Positions 27,744 to 36,589 of a stretch of 64,000 nucleotides of DNA are shown here, piece after piece. Source of the stretch: a virus. Where the stretch lies: IMG/VR virus record IMGVR_UViG_3300036402_000062, positions 135 to 64,134 of that record; one strand, 5' to 3'. The translations under genes and the position numbers were made by a program. The notes beneath the pieces are model-generated. The model was not told the DNA's origin, did no database searches, and saw only the letters and a program-made list of their open reading frames with translations. Position 1 is the first letter of the stretch; each line of letters begins with the position of its first letter.

Positions 27744-28097
27744 GTGAGTCGTGAACTTGCCCTGCTGCTGCTGGTCATTCTGAGCCTGGCGTGCAACCTC
27801 ATGGCGCTGTACCACGTAACGCGTGCGCAGCGGCTCCTCGGGTTGCTGCGTGGGCAGATCTCGCCTCGTCGGTCGCCGCCAGCGCCAGTGCCGCGCTTCG
27901 AGGGCTCGAACGTGAACCCGCGTCCGACTTACGCCCGTCCGCAGGCGCCTCCGACACCACCTTCGGCCCCGCGGGTGCCGCCAATGGCGGACATGGTCTA
28001 CGGGTGCGACGAGCACTACTACGACGGATGTCCGAACTGCGGACGAGGGCGGCGGCGGCGCGGGCCCGGGCAGCCGGATGACGATCCAGCGCGCTGA
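27744..28097 (+). CDS. membrane-anchored Pro-rich protein
   Basis: N-terminal TM helix after GTG with RBS. Confidence 0.55.
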   Translation: MSRELALLLLVILSLACNLMALYHVTRAQRLLGLLRGQISPRRSPPAPVPRFEGSNVNPRPTYARPQAPPTPPSAPRVPPMADMVYGCDEHYYDGCPNCGRGRRRRGPGQPDDDPAR

Positions 28098-28195
28098 AAG
28101 AGAAAGCCCCCGCAGATTGCTCCGCAGGGGCCCGTAGATGACGACGTGAGAACCGAATTCTACGAGCAACGGCAGAGGCAGGAAAGGGGCAACAC

Positions 28196-28948
28196 ATGCT
28201 GGATGGCACCAACGCAACGAACGAACGGCCCGACATCGAGGAGAGCTACATCTCCGCGGCCGGCACGTCCACGATGAAGGTGGAGCCGCACAAACGCACG
28301 CCAGCGGACCTGATCATCGCCGCGGGCATGTCGACCCATCGCATGGGGCTGGCGCTGATGCGGCTGCGCACCGAGTGGGATAGGTCGGCCAAGCCGATCC
28401 CACCGACCGCGGTTGCGATCGAGCAGCTCGCCGCGAGCCTCGACAAGGAACCCGCAACGCTGGAAGACGGCAGCGGCGAGCACGTGAAGACGGTGCCGAA
28501 CCCGCATGCCGGCCTGGTGCGCGACGCGGTCGACGGCCGGCCGCGGTACCGGCTTCCGCTGGTGGTGGCGAAGGAGCAGGCCGACCGGTGGCACGAGCAC
28601 GAGCTGAAGATCCTGCTGCAGCAGCTCAAGACTCTGCCCGCAGTGCGCGACGGGCTGACCTTCTGGGCGCACGAGCAGGAGATCGAAGAGGGCGTGCACC
28701 TGGTGAGCGCCGTGCTCCTGTGGTGGCTGGACCCCACGTGCCAGACCTGCAGGGGCGTGAAGTTGCGGGTGGTGAAGGGGACCGGCCGCACCTCGAGCAA
28801 GGCCTGCCCAGCGTGCCGCGGAACGGGCGAAGGGAAGCTGCCGCACGCTGGCCAAGGCCGCAAGCTACTGGCGTACCTGAACGAGTGCAAGCGCGGCGCG
28901 CGGGTGGATCTGGACGGGAAGTTCAGGCACCAGCGGCGCCGGGAGTGA
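28196..28948 (+). CDS. Q-like late antiterminator
   Basis: Last large gene before the late promoter; CQTCRG...CPACRGTG Zn finger. Confidence 0.7.
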   Translation: MLDGTNATNERPDIEESYISAAGTSTMKVEPHKRTPADLIIAAGMSTHRMGLALMRLRTEWDRSAKPIPPTAVAIEQLAASLDKEPATLEDGSGEHVKTVPNPHAGLVRDAVDGRPRYRLPLVVAKEQADRWHEHELKILLQQLKTLPAVRDGLTFWAHEQEIEEGVHLVSAVLLWWLDPTCQTCRGVKLRVVKGTGRTSSKACPACRGTGEGKLPHAGQGRKLLAYLNECKRGARVDLDGKFRHQRRRE

Positions 28949-28986
28949 CAATCGACGGCGGCGCGGCTGCGCCGGGAAAGGTGAGC

Positions 28987-29346
28987 ATGGTCGAGATTCC
29001 GTATGCACAGGCTCCGCGCGGTCGGACACGCCTGTTCGCGAAGCTGAAGACTGAGGCGGCGCGTGCGGTGTGCGAACTGCAAGTCCTCAGCTTCTCCGCC
29101 GGTCTAGATCGACGGAACCGGCTGGTGTCTTCCTTCGACGTCTTCGACGATCCGGTGTATCAGGCCGTGGTCGTGCCGGCTGCCGCGCGCCGCCAGGTGC
29201 TGCAGTTCGGCGTGGAATACCCGGACGGCCAGCGCATTCTGATTACCGGCCGCGTGAAGGTGCGTTCGCCGCGTGCTGGTTCGGCTGTGTGCCAGATCAC
29301 CTTGGCGCCGGACGTGAAGCTGGTGAAGCTGGAAGCGGCGCCATGA
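28987..29346 (+). CDS. hypothetical protein
   Basis: 119-aa ORF. Confidence 0.55.
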   Translation: MVEIPYAQAPRGRTRLFAKLKTEAARAVCELQVLSFSAGLDRRNRLVSSFDVFDDPVYQAVVVPAAARRQVLQFGVEYPDGQRILITGRVKVRSPRAGSAVCQITLAPDVKLVKLEAAP

Positions 29347-29609
29347 AGCACAAGGTCCCCGAACTAGAAGGCGCGCTGCTGGATGCGGCGGTGGCGAAGG
29401 CGCGAGGAAATGACCCCGATCCATTCGGCGCATCGTTGACCATGCAGGGCATGAACCTCTACGAGAAAGAGGGCATCGCGGTCGACACGCTGTGCTCGCC
29501 GCCGGTCGCCAAAGGCTGGAATTGCACGATGACGGGCAGCACGCCCCGGATCGCTGCCATGCGCGCCTACGTCGCCAGCAAGTTCGGGGAAGAGGTGGAA
29601 CTTCCATGA
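29343..29609 (+). CDS. DUF2591/NinX-like phage protein
   Basis: LEGALLDAAVAKA and G.TP.IAAMRAYVASKFGEEVELP. Confidence 0.75.
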   Translation: MKHKVPELEGALLDAAVAKARGNDPDPFGASLTMQGMNLYEKEGIAVDTLCSPPVAKGWNCTMTGSTPRIAAMRAYVASKFGEEVELP

Positions 29610-29860
29610 TGATCATCAGCAAGGAAATGATGGCCGACGAGCAGGCGTTGCGCCAGTACGTGAACCTGACCCCGGGCACACACCGCCTGCAGTCCGTTGA
29701 CGGTTACTGGAAGCTATGGCGCGCCGACGAAGCCCAGGGCCAGATGCATGTCATCACCAACCGGTTCTGGGATTTTTGGGACGGTTCCGCGTGGCGGCCC
29801 GTGTCCGAGTGGGCGGAATGGTGGAAGGCGCAGCACTTGAACGGGCTGCCAGGGGTGTAG
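29606..29860 (+). CDS. Trp-rich hypothetical protein
   Basis: 84-aa coupled ORF. Confidence 0.55.
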   Translation: MMIISKEMMADEQALRQYVNLTPGTHRLQSVDGYWKLWRADEAQGQMHVITNRFWDFWDGSAWRPVSEWAEWWKAQHLNGLPGV

Positions 29861-29861
29861 C

Positions 29862-29890
29862 TTGCCCTGCTTGACAGGCTGTGCAACAAT
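29862..29890 (+). promoter_or_regulatory. pR'-like late promoter
   Basis: TTGCCC, 17 nt, AACAAT downstream of the Q-like gene, followed about 120 nt later by a terminator. Confidence 0.55.
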
Positions 29891-30012
29891 CGCGCCCAGA
29901 CCGCGCAACCCTCAGAGAGACGCGGGCGCCTAGAGCGCAAAGGCCAACGCCTCACCCCGCTGCCCGCAAGGGCCGAGACCTTCAGGGGAGAGCCGCCGGC
30001 GCAAGATTCCAG

Positions 30013-30041
30013 AAGCCCGCCACTGTGCGGGCTTTGTCGTT
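30013..30041 (+). terminator. tR'-like terminator
   Basis: AAGCCCGC-cactgt-GCGGGCTT-TGTCGTT. Confidence 0.75.
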
Positions 30042-30107
30042 CCGCGACGCAGCTGGTGTGGCGAACGGGCCTTCACCCCGTTGAGCGGGGATCGAAATAC
30101 GCGGCCA
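30042..30107 (+). pseudogene. degenerate tRNA-Glu(TTC)-like remnant
   Basis: AACGGG/CCCGTT stem with CC-TTC-AC loop; T-stem 3' half missing; CCGCG/CGCGG-CCA ends overlap tRNA-Gly. Confidence 0.45.
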
Positions 30108-30175
30108 AGGTGACGGGATCACCGCGGGGCCTTCCAAGCCTTCGACATGGAGTTCGATTCTCCATGGCCGCTCCA
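30101..30175 (+). tRNA. tRNA-Gly(TCC), atypical D-arm
   Basis: Acceptor GCGGCCA/TGGCCGC, U73, CCA; anticodon loop CT-TCC-AA (30131-30137); T arm TGGAG-TTCGATT-CTCCA. Confidence 0.85.
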
Positions 30176-30485
30176 GTATTCGGCGCGAAAAGCCGGCAGG
30201 ATGAAGTCGCAGGGGCCCGCGCGAGCATGCGCTGCAAACCCCAGTTCGAGATCTCGGACACCGCGACCGCTCCCTGCTGCCCCGTTTCGACGGCCGCCGA
30301 ACCTTTCACGCAGCGCCATCCCCCGCAAATCCGGCACTTCACTGAACCCCGGGCAAACCTTCCCATGGGCGAGGCCAAGCCGGCCCCAACCGCAGGCGGG
30401 CAAGCAGCGGCGCGGATTCTGGGCGAACTCGGATGCAAGCCGAGAGGGGCCGCCCAAGGCCGCATCTACACATGGAGAGCCTCCA

Positions 30486-31112
30486 ATGAGCACCATCGAC
30501 TGCTTTCTGCTGGAAGAGACCGAGCGGGTCAGCCACAAGCTGCGCCGCTACGCGAAGCACGGGAGCGCAGGCCGGGAGTGCTCCGCGTCCGGGCTCGGCT
30601 ACCACAATGCCGAGACCTTCCTGGGCGTGGCGATCGCGCCGCGTGATGCCGTGGAACGCGGGCAGGACGTGCCGGACACACCGCGGGAGGATGCGCGCTG
30701 GCCAGCGCAGTGCGCCTGCGGCTACGCGTTCGCGGCGGATGACGAGTGGCAGGACTTCACCCGCCGCCTCTACCGCCGCACCGACACCGGCGAAGAAATG
30801 AGCCTGCGCGATGCTCCGGCAGGCGCGATGTGGTTCGCGGACTGGCTGAGCGACCACAAGGGATACCGCGGTCCCGATGGGCGCACCTTGGTGGTGAAGC
30901 TGCCGCCGGACGGCCAGGAATGGATCGTCGATAGCCGCGCCAGCAACTGCACGATGCCGGACGACACCGAGCACAAGTGCTGGGTGCGTCACGGGGACGC
31001 GCCGAACATCACGGTGGACAAGAACGGCCACACGTGCGCCGCCGGCGCGGGCAGCATCGCCACGCCCAAGTATCACGGCTTCCTGCGCGGCGGCAAGCTG
31101 CTGGAGTGCTGA
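30486..31112 (+). CDS. Cys/His-rich metal-binding protein, C-terminus DUF6527-like
   Basis: CACG, CWVRHG..PNITV...SI...YHGFLRGG.L; family label from memory. Confidence 0.6.
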   Translation: MSTIDCFLLEETERVSHKLRRYAKHGSAGRECSASGLGYHNAETFLGVAIAPRDAVERGQDVPDTPREDARWPAQCACGYAFAADDEWQDFTRRLYRRTDTGEEMSLRDAPAGAMWFADWLSDHKGYRGPDGRTLVVKLPPDGQEWIVDSRASNCTMPDDTEHKCWVRHGDAPNITVDKNGHTCAAGAGSIATPKYHGFLRGGKLLEC

Positions 31113-31114
31113 CC

Positions 31115-31393
31115 ATGGTGAAGATCCAGACCGGCAACGAGCTCGGAACGGCCATCCTCAAGGCGCTGGGCATTACCGAGAAGGGCGTGTTGCGCGTGCA
31201 GATCGACTGCCAGTCGAACGAGCTCGCCACCGTCACATTGATCCGCGTGGTGGGCCAGGACGAGCAGGGCAAGCTGCTGGCGGAGCTGGACGGCTTCGTC
31301 CTGGACAGGAAGCCCGAGGACCCCAACGTGCAGGCGATGGAGACAGTCGCCCGCAACCTGTTGAAGGCGCACGACGCCGGCTCCGGCCGCTGA
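31115..31393 (+). CDS. hypothetical protein
   Basis: 92-aa ORF from ATG 31115. Confidence 0.65.
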   Translation: MVKIQTGNELGTAILKALGITEKGVLRVQIDCQSNELATVTLIRVVGQDEQGKLLAELDGFVLDRKPEDPNVQAMETVARNLLKAHDAGSGR

Positions 31394-31522
31394 CGGCAGA
31401 TGTCGGCGGTGATCGATTCCCCTGGCGCTGCGCTCGTACGAGAGGCGAACCGCGCCAGCATGCTGCTGGACCCGCCACCGCATCGGCGGCCACTGGCACC
31501 TTCCCAAGAAAGGCAGGCCCAG

Positions 31523-31765
31523 GTGGCTGAAATCGACCCTCAGGAGTTCGGGCGTTTGCAGGCCCAGGTGGAGCAGTTGATCAGGTCCAACGCGGTGCTC
31601 ACCGAGGCGGTCACCGGTTTGAACGTGGTGATCCAGTCCATGCAGCTGCAGATGGCGGAAGCCAAGGGCGGCTGGAAGACGCTGATGATCCTCGGTGGCG
31701 CGTCGGCGTCGCTGGGCGGCCTGGTCACGGGAGTGCTGTCCCACTTCATGGGCAAGGGCGGCTGA
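31523..31765 (+). CDS. holin/antiholin-like coiled-coil plus TM protein
   Basis: FGRLQAQV coiled coil and C-terminal TM; immediately upstream of the endolysin. Confidence 0.6.
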   Translation: MAEIDPQEFGRLQAQVEQLIRSNAVLTEAVTGLNVVIQSMQLQMAEAKGGWKTLMILGGASASLGGLVTGVLSHFMGKGG

Positions 31766-32277
31766 TGGACTTCGATGCCGCATTCGAACGCCTGATCGAC
31801 CCGGCGCGCGAGGGAAGCGCCTTGTCCCTGGACCCCAAGGACCGGGGGAACTGGACCGGCGGAGAGCAGGGCAAGGGCAAGCTCCTCGGCTCGAAGTACG
31901 GCGTCAGCGCCATGAGCTACCCGGGCGAGGACATCGCCGGGCTGACGGTGCAGCGGGCGAAAGACATCTACCGCCGCGACTACTGGGGCCCGGCCGGCTG
32001 CGACGCCGCACCGGCGTGCATCAAGTTCGACCTGTTCGACATGGCCGTGAACAGCGGCAAAGGCAACGCGATTCGTTGCCTGCAGCGTGCGTGCGGCGAG
32101 GCGCAGGACGGCGTTCTCGGGCCGCGCACGCTGGCGGCGGTGCAGTCGATGCCGGCATTCCGGCTGGCAGCCCGCTTCAACGGGGCTCGCCTGATGTTCA
32201 TGGCGGAGCTCCCGACCTGGCCCGCGCATGGCCGCGGTTGGGCCCGCCGCGTCGCGGCCAACCTGCTGGAGGTGTGA
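31765..32277 (+). CDS. endolysin, glycoside hydrolase family 108
   Basis: FDAAFERLI...E....DPKDRGNWTGG...KYGVS, FDMAVNSG, DGVLGPRT, GW.RRV. Confidence 0.92.
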   Translation: MDFDAAFERLIDPAREGSALSLDPKDRGNWTGGEQGKGKLLGSKYGVSAMSYPGEDIAGLTVQRAKDIYRRDYWGPAGCDAAPACIKFDLFDMAVNSGKGNAIRCLQRACGEAQDGVLGPRTLAAVQSMPAFRLAARFNGARLMFMAELPTWPAHGRGWARRVAANLLEV

Positions 32278-32279
32278 TC

Positions 32280-32810
32280 ATGGAATGGAAAGAAGTAGGC
32301 GACTGGATCAAGGGCAACGCAGGCACTGGTGCCGCGCTCGTCGGCTCCCTGCTGACCGGCAACATCCCCGGCGCGATTGCCGCTGGCGTGTCCCTGGTCA
32401 CCAGCGCCACCGGCCAGGCCACGCCCGACGCTGCGCTGGCGCAGCTGCAGAACGATCCTGTCAGCGTGCTCAAGTTGCGCGATCTGGCCTACCAGAACGA
32501 GGCCAGCATCCGCGAGCACATCCGCGAGATGACCGAGCTGGAGTTCACGGACAAGCAGGCGGAGCACCATGAGACGCAGGAAACGATCCGTGCCGGTGAC
32601 GCTGCCGAGGACAGGTTCGTGCGCTGGTCGCGACCTGGCCAGAGCCACGTCAGCCTGATCGCAGCCATCACCTATGTGTTCGTCAAGGCCGAACCGAGCA
32701 CCGAAATCCTGCTGCTGCTGCTCGCGCTGCCGTGGGCATACGCCGGGCTGCGCCAGATCGGCAAGGGCATCGAGTCCGTCGTGGCCCTGAAGACGGCGAA
32801 GATCAAATGA
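32280..32810 (+). CDS. putative holin
   Basis: Follows the endolysin; C-terminal TM pair after RFVRWSRP. Confidence 0.65.
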   Translation: MEWKEVGDWIKGNAGTGAALVGSLLTGNIPGAIAAGVSLVTSATGQATPDAALAQLQNDPVSVLKLRDLAYQNEASIREHIREMTELEFTDKQAEHHETQETIRAGDAAEDRFVRWSRPGQSHVSLIAAITYVFVKAEPSTEILLLLLALPWAYAGLRQIGKGIESVVALKTAKIK

Positions 32811-33184
32811 ACCGCGCTCGCCGCGCCTGGCGGTCCTTCCGCGCCATGCCGTCCATCGTGCAGTTCGGCGCCTACCTGGCGCTGGCCATCCTGATCATGC
32901 TGGCGCTCCCGAGCGGCGCCCGGGCAGAGGACCGCATCGCCCGCCAAGGTCACGACGAGGTCATGATCTCCGAGAGCCCGTGCATGTTCGCCAGCGTCCT
33001 GATCGAGATCGACAAGGTCCTGCCTGGCCAGCGGGAGCAGTTCAGGCGCGCCGTGACGCACTTCGGAGGGAAGAAGTACTTCGCCTGCTGGCGTCCGATG
33101 GGCGGCGGTGCGCACCTGGTGTACGAGGACGGTGACCAAGGCATCGTGCCGTTCGCCGACTTCAAACGGGTCCTGAGCCTCTGA
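32807..33184 (+). CDS. membrane-anchored/exported protein (possible lysis accessory)
   Basis: N-terminal basic region, TM helix, ARA cleavage-like site. Confidence 0.6.
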   Translation: MNRARRAWRSFRAMPSIVQFGAYLALAILIMLALPSGARAEDRIARQGHDEVMISESPCMFASVLIEIDKVLPGQREQFRRAVTHFGGKKYFACWRPMGGGAHLVYEDGDQGIVPFADFKRVLSL

Positions 33185-33347
33185 CAGCCATGGCGCAGTG
33201 CACCATCACGGTCACAGCGATGGTGTCCTGGTGGGTTCGCCCGTACATCCAGGCCGTGGCGCTGTTCTCCTTCGCGACCGGTATGCAGCCCGACGTGGAC
33301 AAGGTGGCCAGCACCTGCATGCGCGGTGTCCGCTTGACGTTCCGCTG

Positions 33348-33641
33348 ATGTCTCCCGCCGCCTTCGCCGTCGACCGCTCCCTGCTGGTCCAGGCTGGCCA
33401 GGTCGTGAAGACCGCCTACGTGGACATATGGAAGGTGCGCCTCGCTTGCCGGGACCGCATGGCCGTGGGTGACGTCGGCAACGCGTACCAGAAGCTCCTG
33501 CAGCTGGGTGACGGCAGCATGTGGCCCTGCCCGAATGGAGAGTGGGCCGGTGACGTGTTCGTGCTGGCCGATGGTCGACATGAGTACATCGCTGCCCTAA
33601 TGCTGGGACGCACGCACATCCTGGTGGCGTGGCTGGAATGA
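33348..33641 (+). CDS. ParB/Srx-like small protein
   Basis: VLADGRHEYIAA motif. Confidence 0.55.
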   Translation: MSPAAFAVDRSLLVQAGQVVKTAYVDIWKVRLACRDRMAVGDVGNAYQKLLQLGDGSMWPCPNGEWAGDVFVLADGRHEYIAALMLGRTHILVAWLE

Positions 33642-33952
33642 AGCTCACGACCCTGAAGTCACGCCTCGCGACCGTACCGGGCAGACTGCAGTTGGCCGCC
33701 ACCCTGAGCACTCAGCGCCTGAGGGGCAGGGCAGCAGTGGAGCGCCGGGCTCGCTGGCTTCGCCTGCACCCCCTGTGCGAGCAGTGCGAGAGCGTAGGGC
33801 GGGTGACAGCAGCGGACGTGGTGGACCACCGCATCCCCCTGTGGAAGGGTGGGGCGGACGACGAGTCGAACCTGCAGTCCCTGTGCCAGACGCCGCACCA
33901 CGACGAGAAGACCAAGGCCGAGGCGGCAGAACGGGCAAGGGGAGGGCAGTGA
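33638..33952 (+). CDS. packaging-associated HNH endonuclease (HK97 gp74-like)
   Basis: CEQC...VVDHRIPL.KGGADDESNLQSLC..HH..KT directly before terS. Confidence 0.9.
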   Translation: MKLTTLKSRLATVPGRLQLAATLSTQRLRGRAAVERRARWLRLHPLCEQCESVGRVTAADVVDHRIPLWKGGADDESNLQSLCQTPHHDEKTKAEAAERARGGQ

Positions 33953-34029
33953 GGCAGGCACACCTGCGCACCACCACGATCCTCATCGACCGGCCTGAGG
34001 CCTCCTGACACGGACCAGAGGCATCGGCA

Positions 34030-34110
34030 GGGGGTAGGGGGGCATCGATCTTCGGGGCCTTCCGACCGGAAACCCCATGGTTCCCCACGCGCGGAAACGA
34101 ACCCCCATTT
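34030..34110. other. putative cos/packaging initiation region
   Basis: Non-coding G-run...CCCCACGCGCGGAAA segment between HNH and terS, the usual cos position in HK97-like phages. Confidence 0.4.
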
Positions 34111-34126
34111 CAGATCGGGAATTCAA

Positions 34127-34555
34127 ATGGCAGGTGTGAAAGGTCGCAGCGGTGGTGCACGGCCAGGTGCCGGGCGCAAGCCGAAGGCCAAGGCGCCTGC
34201 CGCTAATCAAACGCCGCAGACGCCAGGGGTGAAAGTCACGCAGGAGCCCCAGGCCCACGGCGGGTCGCTGAAGCGCGCCAAGGCGAAGCAGCCGGACCAG
34301 ACGTCCGCGTTGAATGACGGGAAGACCCGCGACCCGCTGACGTTCTTGGAGCTGGTGATCAACGACCCGCAGGCGCCGTTGAAGGACCGAATCCGGGCTG
34401 CCGTCGCGGCGGCTCAGTACCGGCACACGAAGCGTCACGATGGCGGGAAGAAGGAAGACACTGCGGGAAAGGCCAAGGAGGCGGCCACGGGCCGGTTCTC
34501 CGCTCCGGCGGTTCCGCCGCGGCTGGCAGCTGCCGGCGGCAGGCGACTGACCTAG
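34127..34555 (+). CDS. terminase small subunit
   Basis: GVKGRSGGARPGAGRKPK start; DPLTFL..V.ND...RI.AA.AAAQY.H. Confidence 0.85.
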   Translation: MAGVKGRSGGARPGAGRKPKAKAPAANQTPQTPGVKVTQEPQAHGGSLKRAKAKQPDQTSALNDGKTRDPLTFLELVINDPQAPLKDRIRAAVAAAQYRHTKRHDGGKKEDTAGKAKEAATGRFSAPAVPPRLAAAGGRRLT

Positions 34556-34556
34556 C

Positions 34557-36374
34557 GTGGCGACCAAGGAGCGGGAGAAGGCGGCGAGGCGGCGCACGAA
34601 GAAGCATGCCGGCCGGCCCACGTGGAGCACGTCATGCCCCGATTGGGCAGACCGCCTGCGGCAGGGCCGCTCGATCATCCCGCCGCCGATCTACGCCGAC
34701 CAGGCGCAGGCGGCACTGGCCATCTTCAAGGAATTGCGGGTCGTTGACCTGCCCGGGAAGCCCACCTTCGGGGAGTGCAGCGATCCGTGGGTGTTCGACT
34801 TCGTGGCCGCCATCTTCGGCGCCTACGACGCGGAGACGGGAAAGCAGCTGATCCGGGAGTTCTTCCTGTTGATCAGCAAGAAGAACACGAAGAGCACGAT
34901 CGCCGCGGGGATCATGCTCACCGCCGTCATCCTGTGCTGGCGCGACGAAGAGGAGCACCTGATCCTCGCGCCCACAAAGGAGGTCGCGGACAACAGCTTC
35001 AAGCCGGCGGCCGGGATGATCCGGGCCGACGAGGAGCTCACAGCCCTTTTCCATGTTCAGGACCACGTCCGGACTATCACGCACCGCGTGACCAGGGCGA
35101 GCCTGAAGGTGGTGGCAGCGGACACCGACACGGTATCCGGCAAAAAGGCCGGCCGCATCCTGGTGGACGAGCACTGGTTGTTCGGCACCAAGGCGAATGC
35201 ACAAGCCATGTTCATGGAGGCCACCGGCGGCCAGGTGTCGCGCGAAGAGGGCTGGGTCATCTACTTGTCCACCCAGAGCGACGAGCCGCCGGCAGGGGTG
35301 TTCAAGGAGAAGTTGCAGTACTACCGCGACGTGCGGGACGGAAAGATCGACGACCCGAAGTCGCTGGGCGTGCTGTACGAGTTCCCGGACGACATGCTGC
35401 AGTCCAAGGCGTACCTGGACCCGAAGAACTTCCACATCACGAACCCGAACATCGGGCGGTCGGTGAGCGCCGAGTGGCTGGAGGATCAGCTGCGCAAGGT
35501 GCAGGCGCGCACGGACGGCGCCTTCCAGCAGTTCCTCGCCAAGCACCTGAACATTCAGATCGGAATGAACTTGGCCAGCGACCGCTGGGCGGGCGCGGAC
35601 TTCTGGGAGGCCGCACAGGTTCCCGGCATAACGCTGGACACCATCCTGGAGCGCTGCGAAGTCGCTGTCGTCGGGATCGACGGCGGCGGCCTGGATGACT
35701 TGCTGGGGCTGGTGGTCTTGGGGCGCACGCGCGAGGCTGAAACTTACGAGCAGCCGTCCCACAAGGATGAAACGGGCGCGATTGTGAAGGCACAGACCGT
35801 CACGAAGAAGCGCTGGCTGGTGTGGGCGCACGGCTGGGCGCACCGCATCGTGTTGGAGCGTCGGAAGGAAATCGCGCCCCGGCTCCTGGACTTCGTGAAG
35901 GACGGGGACCTGACGCTGGTGGGGATGCCGGGCGACGACGTCACTCAGGTGGCAGACATCGTCTGTCGGGTGCGCGACGCCGGCCTGCTACCTGAGAAGA
36001 ACGCGATCGGCGTCGACGCGGCCGGCATCGGAGACATCGTCGACGAGCTCATTCAGGAGGAGCGCGGCGACTCTGAAGAGATGCAGGCCAGGATCGTTGC
36101 GATCTCGCAAGGTTGGCGGCTCAACGGAGCCATTAAGACAACGGAGCGACGGGTTGCCTCAAGGCAGCTCGCGCCGGATGACAGCGCCTTCATGGCCTGG
36201 TGCGTTTCGAACGCACGCACCGAAATGAAGGGCAGCGCCTTGACCATCACCAAGCAGGTCTCTGGCACCGCCAAGATCGACCCGCTGATGGCGCTGTACG
36301 ACGCCGTCTCGCTGATGGCGCTCAACCCCGTCGCGAAGGCGGGCCGCTCATTTTGGGAAACGGAACCCGCCTGA
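34557..36374 (+). CDS. terminase large subunit
   Basis: ISKKNTKST Walker A, VDEHW Walker B, GIDGGGLDDL RNase H motif, KIDPLMA. Confidence 0.95.
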   Translation: MATKEREKAARRRTKKHAGRPTWSTSCPDWADRLRQGRSIIPPPIYADQAQAALAIFKELRVVDLPGKPTFGECSDPWVFDFVAAIFGAYDAETGKQLIREFFLLISKKNTKSTIAAGIMLTAVILCWRDEEEHLILAPTKEVADNSFKPAAGMIRADEELTALFHVQDHVRTITHRVTRASLKVVAADTDTVSGKKAGRILVDEHWLFGTKANAQAMFMEATGGQVSREEGWVIYLSTQSDEPPAGVFKEKLQYYRDVRDGKIDDPKSLGVLYEFPDDMLQSKAYLDPKNFHITNPNIGRSVSAEWLEDQLRKVQARTDGAFQQFLAKHLNIQIGMNLASDRWAGADFWEAAQVPGITLDTILERCEVAVVGIDGGGLDDLLGLVVLGRTREAETYEQPSHKDETGAIVKAQTVTKKRWLVWAHGWAHRIVLERRKEIAPRLLDFVKDGDLTLVGMPGDDVTQVADIVCRVRDAGLLPEKNAIGVDAAGIGDIVDELIQEERGDSEEMQARIVAISQGWRLNGAIKTTERRVASRQLAPDDSAFMAWCVSNARTEMKGSALTITKQVSGTAKIDPLMALYDAVSLMALNPVAKAGRSFWETEPA

Positions 36375-36589
36375 TGAAAAAACACCTGCAGCACATTGCA
36401 GCGCGGGCGGCCCTGGGGCTGCGGCTGCTCGGCACGGTGGCCGCAGGCCTGCGCCCGGACGCAATGATGGCGTGCGGAGCCGCGGGCATCGCCTATGGTG
36501 CGTGGCAGATGTACCAGCCCGCAGGCTTCATCGTCGGCGGCGGGTTGCTCCTGATTGCCGGCGTGCTCGCGGCGCGGAAGGCTGCCTGA
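36374..36589 (+). CDS. small membrane protein
   Basis: Two hydrophobic segments; typical between terL and portal. Confidence 0.65.
   Translation: MKKHLQHIAARAALGLRLLGTVAAGLRPDAMMACGAAGIAYGAWQMYQPAGFIVGGGLLLIAGVLAARKAA

Noticed and set aside
29871-29890. TTGACA at 29871 as the -35 of the late promoter
   Set aside because: Only 8 nt from the AACAAT -10 candidate; TTGCCC at 29862 gives the canonical 17-nt spacing.
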